Below, one piece after another: positions 11,290 to 24,465 of a DNA stretch of 64,000 nucleotides. How positions within the stretch are numbered: the first letter of the stretch is position 1; each line of letters opens with the position of its first letter. A program made the position numbers and the translations under genes. This stretch comes from Mobula birostris. Taxonomy: Eukaryota. The stretch spans positions 42,452,777-42,516,776 of the forward strand of contig NC_092390.1 of NCBI RefSeq assembly GCF_030028105.1, given 5' to 3'. The notes beneath the pieces are model-generated. The model had not been told where the DNA came from, did not search any database, and worked only from the letters and a program-made list of their open reading frames with translations.

Positions 11290-12500
11290 TATATTCAATC
11301 AGGACTTCACCATATCTACCATGTTACCTTTTTGGTCTCTTATAGGTCCTATTCTTTCCACAGGGGTTAGTATCTTGTTCTTAAAGGAATTATGACACAC
11401 CTTTGGGTTTGATTTTAATTGCTGGTATTTATATGTCTTCAATTTTCGCTCCTGATTTGGTATTTCTACCATACTTCCGGGCTTGCTGCTGCATTAACTA
11501 CGCAATGTCTGAGTTAAAATTCTCTTTTTTGCCTTAACTTACCTTTTAACAACTGTGTCCATCAGGCTTTGCTGGATTTGGTAATCTCACCTTGGGGGAA
11601 TGTATTTACCCTGAAGCTCCTCCTTGAATCTCTGCCATTCCTGTGTGACAGACTAATCCTGAAGTAGCTGCTTCTGCTTTTAGTCATTCTCATCCTGATA
11701 AAATATGCTTTCCACAGTTCAGAACATAAATTTCTATGGTACCGTTGTCAATTTCCATATCCATACCTAAACTTAACTGAATTATGATCATTTCTACTAA
11801 ACACTTCCCATCTGCTGAACTTCATTCCCTAAAAATAAATCCAGACTTTCCATCACTCTCTTTTAGGCCTTGCTAAGTACAAACTGAGGATTTTTTCCTG
11901 AATGCAATTTGTGAATTCTGTGTCCTGTTTCTTTCACCCAGCCTGTATCCCTTTTAGTTCTGGGTAATTTAGATCCCATAATTTCTGTCCCATTTTATTA
12001 AGTTGTCAAATCTTTTACCATTTCCTTGGACAGTTTAAAGACAGAATATATTCCAGTGTATGGTGTCTGTTCTTTAACTCACCCATAACTCACACATAAT
12101 GCCTAATTAGATGATCTTTCAAACATATCATCCTTTTTCCCTGTGTATTGGCTTCTTTAGGAGTATTGTTATATACTGTACTTCCCAACTCAAGTTTCTA
12201 TCCCTCTCTACACCATTTGCAATCCTGTAACTACTGTATTGAACTAGTGGCCCTGTCTTTTTTGACTATGTATCAATAATTACTAATATATCATGCTCTC
12301 CCTTCTATCACTGGCTCAGCTTATCTGCATTGTTCACCATTTTACTTCCATTTCAAGTTTACCATTAGGTACCTCTTATGCTCATTGCTTTTCCTAACTA
12401 CAGACAGTGTATTTCTAGTTCTGTTTTACTCCCTTTTAAATTTATGCTTAGACTCCCTACTACCTAGCCAGTTTAAACTCTCCTCAATAGAAGAAGCAAC
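11290..12500 (-). mobile_element. Highly degenerate CR1-like LINE (endonuclease region)
   Basis: Pyrimidine-rich plus strand; minus strand near 11770-11790 gives an SDHN-like motif (..NDHNSVKF). Confidence 0.45.
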
Positions 12501-12687
12501 ATATATCCTTTAGTTACCTGCTTTACTCGCCTGAATACATCGACTCTGTCATCTGAGGGGCTACCCGTCTGGTTCACAGCTTCCAGCTTAGCCTAAACTA
12601 GCTGCTCTGTCCCACAAATCTGCACTGTCCCTTCAGCTGCATCTTCCTCTGCATTATCATCATATTTCTTTACCTATTGATCTTCAT

Positions 12688-13030
12688 AGCACAGTGGAAC
12701 AGCGGCACTGCAGTCAGTGGAGATCCTCACAACTCCAATGATACAGGTTTGATGCTGTCTGTGTGGGGCTTACATGTGACCATGTGATTTCTAACGAGAG
12801 AAGATCTGCAGATGCTGGAAATCCGAGCGACACACACAAAATGCTGGAAGAACTCAGTCGGCCAGGCGGCGTCTATGGGAAGGAGTACCATCAATGTTTT
12901 GGGCTGAAACTTTTCGGCTGGACTCAAGGGAATTGAATCCTGCTGAGTTCTGTGATCCCACATCCCAAAGACTTGCTAATTGTTGAGTAAACTGAACACT
13001 GTAAATGCAGGAGATTGTGGAAAGAGCTGG
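12688..13030 (+). mobile_element. V-SINE-like SINE interrupted by a Penelope end (12793-12925, minus)
   Basis: SINE core GCTGTCTGTGTGGGG..GTGACCATGTGATTTC resumes as CCCACATCCCAAAGAC after the Penelope tail. Confidence 0.7.
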
Positions 13031-13044
13031 GGGCGTCCCAGTTG

Positions 13045-13440
13045 GGTTTATTGTCTTTGCGCAAGTACAGTGAAGCAAGGTAAAATGAAAAACTTGCCTG
13101 AAGCAACATCACAGAGATGAAGGTTCTGACAACACACAGAACATAAATATACATAAATCATACAAGACAGTGAAGAAAAGAATACACTGTGCACAACATT
13201 ATTGGACAAACACAATCATAGGCAAGTCTAAGATAACGCACCAGGTAGTCTGCAGTGATCCATTGCTGAGATAGGATTAATGTGTACAGGTCAGTTCAAG
13301 AACTTAATGGTTGTCGGAAAGTAACTAATCCTGAGCCCTGTGGTGAGGGACTTCAAGTTTCTATGCCTTCTGTCTGATGGTAATAGTGGGAAGAGGGCCA
13401 TGAAGGTGCTAGTGAAAAATGGTGATGTTTTGCAGGCAGC
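13045..13440 (-). mobile_element. Rex1/Babar LINE 3' fragment
   Basis: Reverse complement matches the LPSGRR..RT.R..NS.FP C-terminal region and UTR. Confidence 0.6.
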
Positions 13441-15355
13441 TTACAAAACTTCTAAATATATTTCTTCTGAACTACTCTCACTGCAATCTGCAGCCTATAA
13501 TTTACCTTCAAGTAATGTACCTTTGAACCATCTTAACAAACTAGTGATTCCATGATCTTCAGAAGGACTCAGCGGACTTACCACCCAAGAGTACAGGTAC
13601 GGCACCTTTATGTGGATGGAGGTACATTGCCATGGCCATAAGCGAGGGAGGACTCCAAGCTAGACTGAAATGCCAGGGTATGAAACTTCCTCTACTCTGC
13701 ACCTTGTTAGCAAGTGTACTGTCGCTGGAGAACAAGATTGAGGACCTGAGGGCAAGATTGCTGTGTTGGAGAGAAATGAGGAATTGCTGCATTCTGTGTT
13801 TCACAGGGACATAGCTCAATCTAGGCACACCAGATCTGGTGATCAGAGCCAAGTCTTCTCAATACACTGGATAGAGCAACTGCTGATTTGGAGAAAGCAA
13901 AAGGTGGGGGTCTATGTTTCATGATAAACTCTTTCTGGTGCTCAGACACAACAGTCTCATCACACTCTTGTTCCCCAACTTGGAACATCTAATGATTAAG
14001 TGCTGGCTGTTCTATTTACCAAGGGAGTCCTTCTCTCTGATCTCGACCACAGTTTACATACTGCCAAAGGCCATTGTTAAGCAGACACCCGAGGTACTGA
14101 GTGCCACCATCTGCAAACAAGAAATAGTGACCCAATGCATTTCAAATCATTGTGGGGGACTTCAGCCAGGCTTGTTTGAAGAAATTTCTGCCCAATTATC
14201 ATCAACATACTGTTTCACTTATAGCACCAGGGGCCCCAACACACTCGACCTCTGCGATAATCCATAAGGAATGCTTACCGCTTGATCCCTTAGCTGCATT
14301 TTGGGAAATTTGATCATCTGGTTGTCCTCCTCCTATCTGCATACAGGCAGTGGCTACAGCAAGAACCCAGAAGTAGGGTAGTGAAGAGATGTACGGCAGG
14401 GGAGAGGCTCTGGGATTGCTTCGAGTCAGTGGACTGGACTGTGTTCAAGGACTCATCAGAGGATCTGAACAAAAGCACCATGGTGGTCACGGACTTCTTA
14501 AAAATAGTCGTAGGTGAGTGAATCCCCACAAAATCATTGAGAGTCTTCCCCAACCATGAACCATAGTCATTAAGGCAGTTTATTGAGGGTCAGATCAGTG
14601 GTATTCAGGTCTAGGGATAAGTAAAATACAAAAGGTCCATGTACAGTCTCTGGAAAGCCGTCTCACATGTGAAGTGACAATTCCAGACCAAGCTTGAGTC
14701 ACTGAAGGATGCATGACCGCTGTAGGAGGTAATGACATTGAAGCCCTGCCACAAAGTGAAAACAAGCAACAAAGGCGACAATGTTTTGCTCCCAGCTGAG
14801 TTCAATGTCTTTTATGCTCCCTTTGACCATCAAAGCACAGAGGCAATTCCAAGAACTTCCATAACTCCCGGTGACCCTGTAATTTCAGTCTCTGAGGCCA
14901 ATGTAAGAGTATCATTCAGGAGGGTGAACCCATGGAAAGCATCCTGCCCCGATGGGGTACCTAGCTGAGTATTAAAGACCTGTACTGATCGACTGGCTGG
15001 AGCGTTCACCAATATCTTTAACCTCTCACTTTGCCAGTCTGAGGTATCCACCTGTTTCATGCTGGCTTCAATTTTACCAGTGCCTAAGAAGAAAGTAGTA
15101 AAATGCCTCAATAACTATTGTCCAGGAGCACTTACATCCACTGATGAGTTACTTTGAGAGGTTGGTGATGACACCTGTCTGAGAAGCCACTTGGGTCTGC
15201 TGCAATTTGCGTACCGTCACAACAGGTCAACAGTAGATGCCAATTGGTTGACTCTTCACTCAACCCTGGAACATCTGGACTGTGATATGCATACATCAGG
15301 ATGCTATTTATTGACTACACCTTGGAATTCAATACTGTCATCCCCTCAAACCTAT
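13440..15355 (+). mobile_element. Rex1/Babar LINE, 5' half (AP endonuclease + RT start), decayed
   Basis: LASVLSLENKIEDL..CCILCFTGT, LEHLMIKC..FYLPRE, STRGPNTLDLC, VNPWKASCPDGVP, LQFAYRHNRSTVDA. Confidence 0.9.
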
Positions 15356-15374
15356 TGTACCAGCAGCACAAGAG

Positions 15375-15511
15375 TTAGATGGAGTTCTTAAAGATAGCAG
15401 AGTGAAGGGATATGGGGAGAAGGCAGGAATAGGGTACTGATTGTGGATGATCAGCCATGATCACAGTGAATGGTGGCCTACTCCTGCACTTATTGTCTAT
15501 TGTCTATTGTC
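15375..15511 (+). mobile_element. CR1 3' terminus
   Basis: Matches 39660-39814; (CTATTGT)n tail. Confidence 0.85.
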
Positions 15512-18009
15512 ACAAGAGTCCTTAGGCTGTGAAGTACCTTGACAGATCGGAACAATAAATCAAGTGATCTATAAATGCAAGCTTGCTTTTTTATTGGGTA
15601 TCAGAGCACTGTCACAATTCTGTACTCTGAAGTTATTTTGCCAAAGTAGGAGCTACACTATCTCTGAAGTCAAATTGATTCTAAAGTGCCCTAAAGAAAA
15701 TGAATCTCAAGGTTGTATGTGGTGACTTGTATATACTTTGAGAATATATTTTGAACTTTGACCTTGACGGTGGGAATCCTTAATGATAAATGCTGCCTCC
15801 TTCAGGCAGTGCCTACTGTAGATGCTTTCGATGGATCTGTGAGATTTTTCTAATATCAGCAATATTGATACAGATCACAACCTAGAATCATGGAGTTGTA
15901 CAGCACGGAAGAACGTCCTTCAGCAGGAACAACAAAGCACTCATTAAATCTATGCTAATCCCATTTTGTTCCTGCCACATTTCCAATAATTTCTCCAGAT
16001 TCCTGCACACCAGGGGTGGTGGCGATTGAACCTATTTGTCTCTGACTGCTTATCCTCCCTCTCCAGCTGCTCACTGATGTACTCAACATTGCCAACAAGG
16101 AGGCAGTGTACATCCTGGAATTTCTGTAGATATTTGGTATGCTTCCCAAATTATGAACCCACTCAACTAAAGTGCTTCTGACCTTCCTCCTCCTCTCTGA
16201 TATAGTGGAGTCACTCTTGGAGATGCGGATCCAGTGTTACAGGCAGGTGAATGGGAATGCCACCACGTGCAGGTTCCCCACTAAACTGTGAATCATCATG
16301 ATTCCACCATCGGGTCTAGACCTGACACTCTCTGCACCACAGCACCAGGGGAGTATCTTCTCTGGAAGGAAAGCAGTAGTTCAAGGAATCACCTCACAGC
16401 TACCTTCTCAAAAATAGTGAAAGGTCGGCCCTGCGGGTGGCAGTCAGATCCCAAAAATATATCCATTAAAAAATAAATTAACCAGACTGCAGGGAAACGG
16501 ATTGGCAGGGTGTAGGGAGAGGCTGCAGCAGGGGCATATAAAGGGCATTCCTGCCATATTCTAAATAGAAAGAAAAGCCAGGTCAGAATTATAACAACAC
16601 ATTGAACGTAATGTCACATCATAGTAGTTACCACAAAAATGTGTTTCTCTTTTTATTCTCTGAAAGCATCTTGCAAATGACCTTCACAAACAAACAATCC
16701 CCTAGAGCAAAGCTACACTGATGGTCAATTTCAACTCAAATTGCTACCTCTGTAACCAAGACAACTGCAATTTGTTTTTCTTAAGGAACATTTTTCACAG
16801 CAGGCAAATCTCAATGTTCAGCAAGCACCACATGAAGGAAGACATACTATCATTTTGGCAAAAATTCAACATGTTTTATTACAAAATTATTTTATTGTAA
16901 CATCTGTTCCTTCAACTTCTAATCTGAAGCAAGTGATTTTAGTCACATTACTTGGATAACAATTAGCCTGCATCCAGTTATGGAGAGTTTAAAATTGTGG
17001 AGAGTTCAAAAATAATTTATTTATAAACACAGAATGTAATGGATGTGTCCACTCCCAGGAAACACATTCAGAGGGATCTTGCAGTTCTTGCAAATCATGA
17101 GAAGATGGGGAACGGCAACAGAAAGAAAGGGTCACTCAGCTCAGCAGACAGCATCATCTTTTGGGACATTATAGGATATGAGAAAGACCATTTGGTCCCA
17201 AATCATCAAAACAGAAAAAAAAACTTACACACCTACCATCACAGCAGCCAATATTTCTTTCAGTAGCTCCAGAATATTTGTTTTACAACCCTACAAAGAA
17301 CTCTATTCCAAGTGATATTCAAATATTGTGATATCAATTCAACATCTGTTTTTAATAGTCTTAAATTTGCCTCATTAATACACAATCATGGTTCATTGTC
17401 CTGTTGTTACCAAACCAGATGTTCTTTTGCATCTCAGTAGGAGCACTATATGGATGCAGCAGCAGAATAGCAATGGTCCATATCAGACACAGATTCACCC
17501 ATGCCAAATTTCAACTGAGCTCAAGGACAGTGGGATGTACTATGTTATTTCAGCTGGCCTACGGTTGGAAAACTGAGTTCAGGATGAATGAGAACCTCAG
17601 GTCAATCAGACCAGTACTGAAGCCAATGGCATGGACTTCAGGAGGATGCTCATTGGGAGGAAAAGTGTCAGGATTATAGTACTCATACTTGGGTGGAGGG
17701 GTGGGGAGGAGACAAGATTACTCAACAATTTTGGATGACATTGTGGGGAAGTAGTCAGGGGGGCAGAGAATTTGTACACAGTGACAGAGATTTCTACGGT
17801 AAGGGTTGTAACATGGATAACCAGTAAGCTGATCTGGATATTAGAAGGTCTTAGGTGGGGTTTTAGGGACTGGAATACTAACTGCAGTTGGGGTGATGGG
17901 GTGTGGGGAACAGAGATACCAGCTGCGGATTAGATGGGAAGGATTGGGATAGTGCTGTGGTTTGATGATGGGATGTAGGGACTGGGACACCTATTGTGAT
18001 TTGGAGATC

Positions 18010-21000
18010 GCTTTCAAGATGGTGCCTGCCTACATCTTTTCTCGCTTTCCTCTTAAATATACTCCTTTTGAACTACTTCTGTTGCAACCTGCAGCATGCA
18101 AATTTTCTCTCAACATCATACTATGAAATTACATCAATGATCTTCAGATGTCGCATTCAACGGTTAAATGTGGAGTTAAGCACAGCTCCTTTAAGGGTTC
18201 AACACCATTGCCAAAAACACGACAGGAGAGGCGAAATTCAAAACGGGCTGAAATGCAGACAGATGAGGCCTCCTCTACCGAGCATCTTGTTGGCGAATGT
18301 ACAGTCACTTGTACATTCAATGTACAGATCAACTGTTGCTCTGGAACTTGGTTAGATGCGGATACACCAGATGCAGTGATACAACTGGAAGGTTTTACAA
18401 GTTTCAGAATGGATCAAACCTTGAACTCTAGTAAGGAAAAAGGGGGCAGCGTATGCTTTTTAGTCAATTCTCATTGGTGCATGAATGTCAGGGTTATGTC
18501 TACTTCTTGTTTCCCAACTAATGATTAAATGTAGACCATTCTACTTGCCTTGGGAATTCTCATCTGTGATCCTGACTGGAGTTTACATACCATCAGTAGC
18601 TGATTATAAGCAAGCACTAACAAAACTGCACAATGCTGTGTGTAAACAAGAAATGGCCCATCCTGGCGCATTTCAAGTTATAGTTGATGACTTTAACCAG
18701 GTCTGTTTGAAGAAAACCTTGCCCAATTATCACCAGCACGTAACCTGTTGCACCAGGGGTCCCAACACACTAGACCACTGCTACACTATGATAAGGAAAA
18801 CCTATCACATTTTGGCAAGTCAGATCATCTGTTTGTACTACTACCTGCATACAGACAGAGCCAAAAAATCAAGGCTCCAGAGATCAAGACAACTAAGAGG
18901 TGGTCAAGGGAGGCTGAGGAATGGTTACAGGATTGTCTTGATTTAATAGACTGGACTGTGTTCAAGAACTCATCTGAGGACCTGCATGACTACACCTATA
19001 ATGACTTTATTAAATCAGCTGTGGTTGAGTGTGTCCCCATGAAATCATTCAGGGTTTTCCCTAATCAGAAGCCCTGAATGAACAATGGAATCCTGAGTCA
19101 GATCAGAGGCATTCAAATCTGGAGATCAAGAATGCTACAAGAGGTGCAGGCATGATCTGTGGAAAGCCGTCTCTTGGGCAAGGTGGAGATTCCAGACTGA
19201 ACTGGAATCAATGAGGGATGCTTAACAGCTGTGGTACCGTTTGAATGCCATAACCTCCTAAAAATGTTATATCTTATGACATAGGAGACAGCATAACTTC
19301 ACTTCCAGATGAGCTCAATGCTTGCTTTGACCATCAGTACAGGGAGGAACCATTGCGCACCCCCAAGCCTCCTGATGATCTTTTGGTCTCAGTATCTGAA
19401 GGTGATGTGTGGGCTGCCTTCAAGAGTGAATCCAAGGAAAGCATCCGGTCTAGATGGAGTACCTGGCCAAGTATGGAAGACCGGTGCTGACCAGCTGGCT
19501 GGTGTATTCATGGATATGTTCAGCTTCTCGCTCTGGCAGTGTGTGGTACCCACCTGCTTCAAGAAGGCTGCAGTCATACTGGTGCCCAAAAAGAGCATAG
19601 TATCCTGTCTAAATGACTATCGCCCAGTAGCACTTACATACACAGTGATGAAGTAGTTTGAGAGGCTGGCATTGAAGCATATCAGCTCCTGTCTGAATGG
19701 TGACTTGGATCTGCTCCAATTTGCCTATCAAAGCAACAGGTCTACAGCATATGCTATCTCATTGGCTCTTCATACAACCCTGGAACACCTTGAAAACAAA
19801 GACACATGCATCAGGATGTTCTTTAATGATTACAGCTCATCATATAACACCATCATCTCCTCAAAACTAATCAGTAAACTCCAACATCTAGGCCTCAATG
19901 TCCCCTTGTGCAATTGGATCCTGAATTTCCTCACTTGTATACCAAAGTCAGTTCGGATTGGCAAAAACCTCTCCTCCACAATCTCCATCAGCACAGGAGA
20001 TCTGCAGGGATGTGTACTTAGCCCGTGCTCTACTCGTTTTATACCTATGACTGTGTGGCTAAGTACAGCTCCAACATCATATACATGTTTGCTGAGGACA
20101 CCACTGTTGTGGACTGTATCGACGGTGGGGATGATTCAGCATACAGGAGCGAGATTGAAAATTTTGCAGAGTGGTGTAATAACAACAACCTCTCACTCAA
20201 TGTCAATGAGACCAAGGGATTGATAGTAGAACAGGAGAGGGAAACCAGAGGTCCATGAGCCAGTAATCATCAGAGGATCAGAGAGGGTCAGTAACTTTAA
20301 ATTCCTGGTTGCTAATATCTTAGGGAATCTGTCCTCGACTTGTATTAAGTATTGTTGTGAAGAAAGCACAACAGTGCCTCTACTTCCTCAGGTGTCTGCA
20401 AAGGTTTGGCATGTCATCGAAAGCCTGGGCAAACTTCAATAGAAAGTCTGCAGATGCTGTGTGTGTTGCTCAAACTTCTATAGACATGTGGTGGAAAGTG
20501 TGCTGACTGTCTGCATTATGGCCCAGTATGACAACACCAATTCCTTTGAACAGAAAATCCTACAAAAAAATAATGGATTCAGCCCAGTACATCACGGGTA
20601 AAGCCTTCCTGACCATTGAGCACATCTACATGAAATGTTGCCATAGAAAAGCAGCATTCATCATCAAAGACCCTCACCAACCAGGCCATGCAGTTTTCTC
20701 ACTGCTGCCATCAGGTAGAAGGTACAGGTGCCTCAGGGCTCGCACCACCAGGTTCAAGAACAGTTACTGCCCCTCAACCATCGGGCCCTTGAACCAAAGG
20801 GTGATAGCTACACTCATTTCAGGACTCATTTAAAAACTCTTTTATATTGTTATTTCATGGTCATTATTTATTGCTATTTATTTATAGCTGCATTTGCACA
20901 GTTCATTTGCAGTGCCTGATGTTAACAGTTTACAGTTACTGTTCTATAAATTTGCTAAGTATGCCCGCAGAAAAAGAATCTCAGGGTTGTATGTGGTGAC

Positions 21001-21033
21001 CTGTATGTACTCTGATAATAAATTTTACTTTGG
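18010..21033 (+). mobile_element. Near full-length Rex1/Babar LINE, pseudogenised
   Basis: Starts TTCAAGATGGTGCC; [78 protein letters not shown]; tail CTCTGATAATAAATTTTACTTTG. Confidence 0.92.
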
Positions 21034-21282
21034 ATGGTGAAGAATGAGATTAGGGTATGGCTGAGGAGTTTGAAATGTTGACCGTGGTTGAGTTGGTGAG
21101 TTGTGGGGATCAGGATATCAACTGGAGTTGAGTTCATTTGGTGGGGATTGCGATACTAGCTGCATTGAGAGGAGGGTATCATTGTGGTATTGAGGATGTG
21201 ATGGGGGAGAGGTTCCCAAAGGATGAAGGTAAGATATTGACATGCCTGACAGCATTCCAGTCCAGAACTGCCTGGAAACTGG

Positions 21283-21565
21283 GTTGGCACGGTAACATAG
21301 TGGTTAGCACCATCTTTTACAGTACTGGTGACACAGGTTCAATTCCTGCCATTGCCTGTAAGGAGATTGTATGTTCTCCCTTGACTATGTGGGTTTCCTC
21401 TGGGTGCTCTGGTTTCCTCCTACAATTCAAAGACATGCCAATTGGTAGGTTAATTGGCCATTGTAAGTTGTCCTGTGATTAGGCCTGGGTTAAATCAGGG
21501 GTTGCTAGGTAGTGCAGCTCCAAGAGTGCAGAATAGGTCATTCTAACCCTATCTCAAATAAATAA
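21283..21565 (+). mobile_element. V-SINE/HE1-like tRNA SINE
   Basis: A box TAACATAGTGG, B box GGTTCAATTCC, core GTGGGTTTCCTCTGGGTGCTCTGGTTTCCTCC. Confidence 0.85.
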
Positions 21566-22349
21566 ACACTCTGTGATTTTAAAGTTCAAAGGAAGTTTGT
21601 TATCAAAGTGCATATATATCACCATAGACTACCCTGAGAGTTAGGAGTGCCCATTGTCCACATTGGCCAATATGGTGTAAAAGGACCATACCATAGGGGT
21701 TCATGTCATCTGAAATGGTCCTGATGCTGGGATCATGTCAGGCGTGCGAAGATAAAACACTCCTAGAGGCAACCAGTGAAACAAAATGATCTGCTACTTC
21801 ATGTTTTCCTAGCAAATTAGCACCATCATTGCTTTCAGATTCAAAGCCAAGGCCATAGTTGCTCTTGATTCAAAATATTGAATCCTGGCTCCATAGCAAA
21901 GCAGGGAATCTTCAATGAATTTTGCATTCACGCATTCACAGTAATTTCCTCCCAGGAGAGCCCTTTGCACAAGTATTCTGCTTCTGCATGCGTTTTTCTT
22001 CAGAGGCATATGCAGGTTTCTCTTCTGCACCCTGCCACCCTCTTCCCATTACTCTAATGGTCATTCCTTACCAGGACTCCTGTGGAGTTGGGAAAGTGTT
22101 GGTTGTTTTATGTTGTGATCCTATAATGGCTGGCTCTTGTAGGATAGACCAGTCTCACAGGTTAGACTGTGAAGAAAGGTATAACCAATGTAGGAATTTC
22201 ATCCCTGTATATTCACCGTTCTTGAAATGAAGATGTGTTGCAGAGAATCTGTTGGTGTCGCTTTGCAACTTGTTTGAAGAAATGGCATAATTTTTTTTTA
22301 AATTTTCAAACAACTCTAGGTAGATAACTAATTTAGAACCTTCCTCCAA

Positions 22350-22900
22350 CACCTCTTTTTGTCCATTTTCCAACTACTCTTTGTGAACAAAATTTCCCCC
22401 AAGGTTCCCCGTGGACCTCCTATTTTTCTCCCTACAACCATGCTCTCTTGTTTGACACATGTACACCATTGGAAAGTGATTCTTATGATCTACCAATCTA
22501 TCACACTCATAATTTTGTATGTCTCTTTTGGGTCAACCCATTGCCTCTTTCTCTCCAGGAAAAACAATCCCCACCTATCCAATCTCTCCTTATAACTGAA
22601 ATGACTGTCCAAGCAAAATCCTACTGAGCCTCCTCAGCATCCTTTCCAGTGTAATTATATCTTTCCTATAGCGTGTGACCTGAACTTCAAGTGTGGAATG
22701 TCCAGGCTATTCATCAACACTCTCTGGGGCCCTATTATTTTTTGTGTGTGTCCTATCTTCTAGAATGTATATTTGACCTTCCAGAATGTATCTTTTCATA
22801 CTTCAAAGATTAAATTCCAACTGGATTGCGCTGTCCAGCTGATCAATATCAAGCCTTTGACAATCCTCCTCACTATCTCAAACATCATAATTTTTTGTGT
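22350..22900 (-). mobile_element. Degenerate CR1 fragment
   Basis: Similar to the CR1 minus-strand copy at 29290-30000. Confidence 0.55.
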
Positions 22901-23149
22901 CATTACCATGAGCAAGACTAAGTATTTTTTAATTTCAAGTTATTATCTTCCTTATTCTTTGTTATTATTAGATCAGATAACTTAATCAGCAGAACTTAAA
23001 ATCCCTTCAGAAGTCTTGATAAGTTTGGAACTTGTATCTAAATTGAAAATCTTGTTTTTTGTATACTGTAATTATTTTGATAAGTTAAACATTGCACATC
23101 TGTTCTATTTCCAAGTCTGAAAATAACATTGTTACAACACAGAAGGTCA

Positions 23150-24465
23150 ATAGCTGATTAATTGGCTCTTCACTCAGCTCTGTAACATCTGGATAATGAC
23201 GATACATACATCAAGATGCTCTTCATTGACTACAGCTTAGCATTCACTGCTTATCATCCCCTCAAAACTAATCAACAAGTTTCAAGACCGAGGTCTTAAT
23301 AACTCTTTCTGCAACTGGAGCCTCAATTTCTTCACTTGCAGATCCCAGTCTTTATGGATTGGTAATAACACTTCCCACACAATCTCCCTCAGCACAGGTA
23401 CATCAAAAGTCTGTGTGCTTATCCTCCCACTCTACTCACTTAATACTTATGAATGTGATGCTAAGCAGAGCTCCAATGCCATATGCAAATTTGCCAGCAA
23501 CCTCATGCCTGTTGGCAGAATCAAAGTGGTGACAAATCAATACATAGGAAGGAGACTGAAAGTCTGGCTGAGTGATGTCATAACAACAACCTCTTACTCA
23601 ATATCAGCAAGACCAAGGAGATGATTATTGACTTCAGGGGGAGGAAACTGGAGGGTCCATGAGCCAGTCCTCACTGGGGGATCAGAGCTGGAGAGGGTCA
23701 GCAACTTTAAATTCCTCAGTGTTATCATTTCAGAGAACCCATCCTAGGTCCAGGACGTAAGTGCCACTTACAAAGAAAGCACAGCAGTGTCTCTACTTAT
23801 TTAGAAGTCTGTGAAGATTCGGCATGACTTCTAAAACTTTGACAAACTTCTATAGATGTGTGGTGGACAGCATACTGACTAGTATGGAAACACCAGTATC
23901 CTTGTAGAGAAAAACCTACGGCCAAGTCTATCACAGGTAAAGCACCCCCCCCCCCCCCAATCACTGAGCACATCTATACAGAGCACTGTTGCAGGAAAGT
24001 AGCATCCATCATCAATGACCCCCATTATCTCAGCCATGCTCCCATTTCACTGCTGCCATTAGGACGGAGGTACAGGAGCCTTAGATGCCACACCACCAGG
24101 ATCAGTAACAGTTATTACCCTCAAACTTCAGGCTCCTGAACTAGAGAGACTTCACTTACCCTATCACTGAACTGTTCCCACAATCTATGGATCCACTCTT
24201 CATCTCATATTCTCAATATTTATTGCTTATTATTTATTATTATTATTTCTTTTTTTCTTCACTTTCTTTTTTTCACCTTCTATTTTGTATTTGCAAAGTT
24301 TTATTTTGCACATTGGTTGTTGTCCATCTTGTTGGTTGTGATCTTTCATTGATTCTATTGTGTTTCTTGTATTGACTGTGATTGTCCATAAGAAAATGAA
24401 TCACAGAGTTGTACAGTATATGGTGATATATATTTTGATAATAAACTTACTTAAAACTTTGAACT
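23150..24465 (+). mobile_element. 5'-truncated Rex1/Babar LINE
   Basis: YIKMLFIDYS, LYSLNTYEC, FKFLSVIIS; tail TTTGATAATAAACTTACT..TTTGAAC. Confidence 0.88.
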
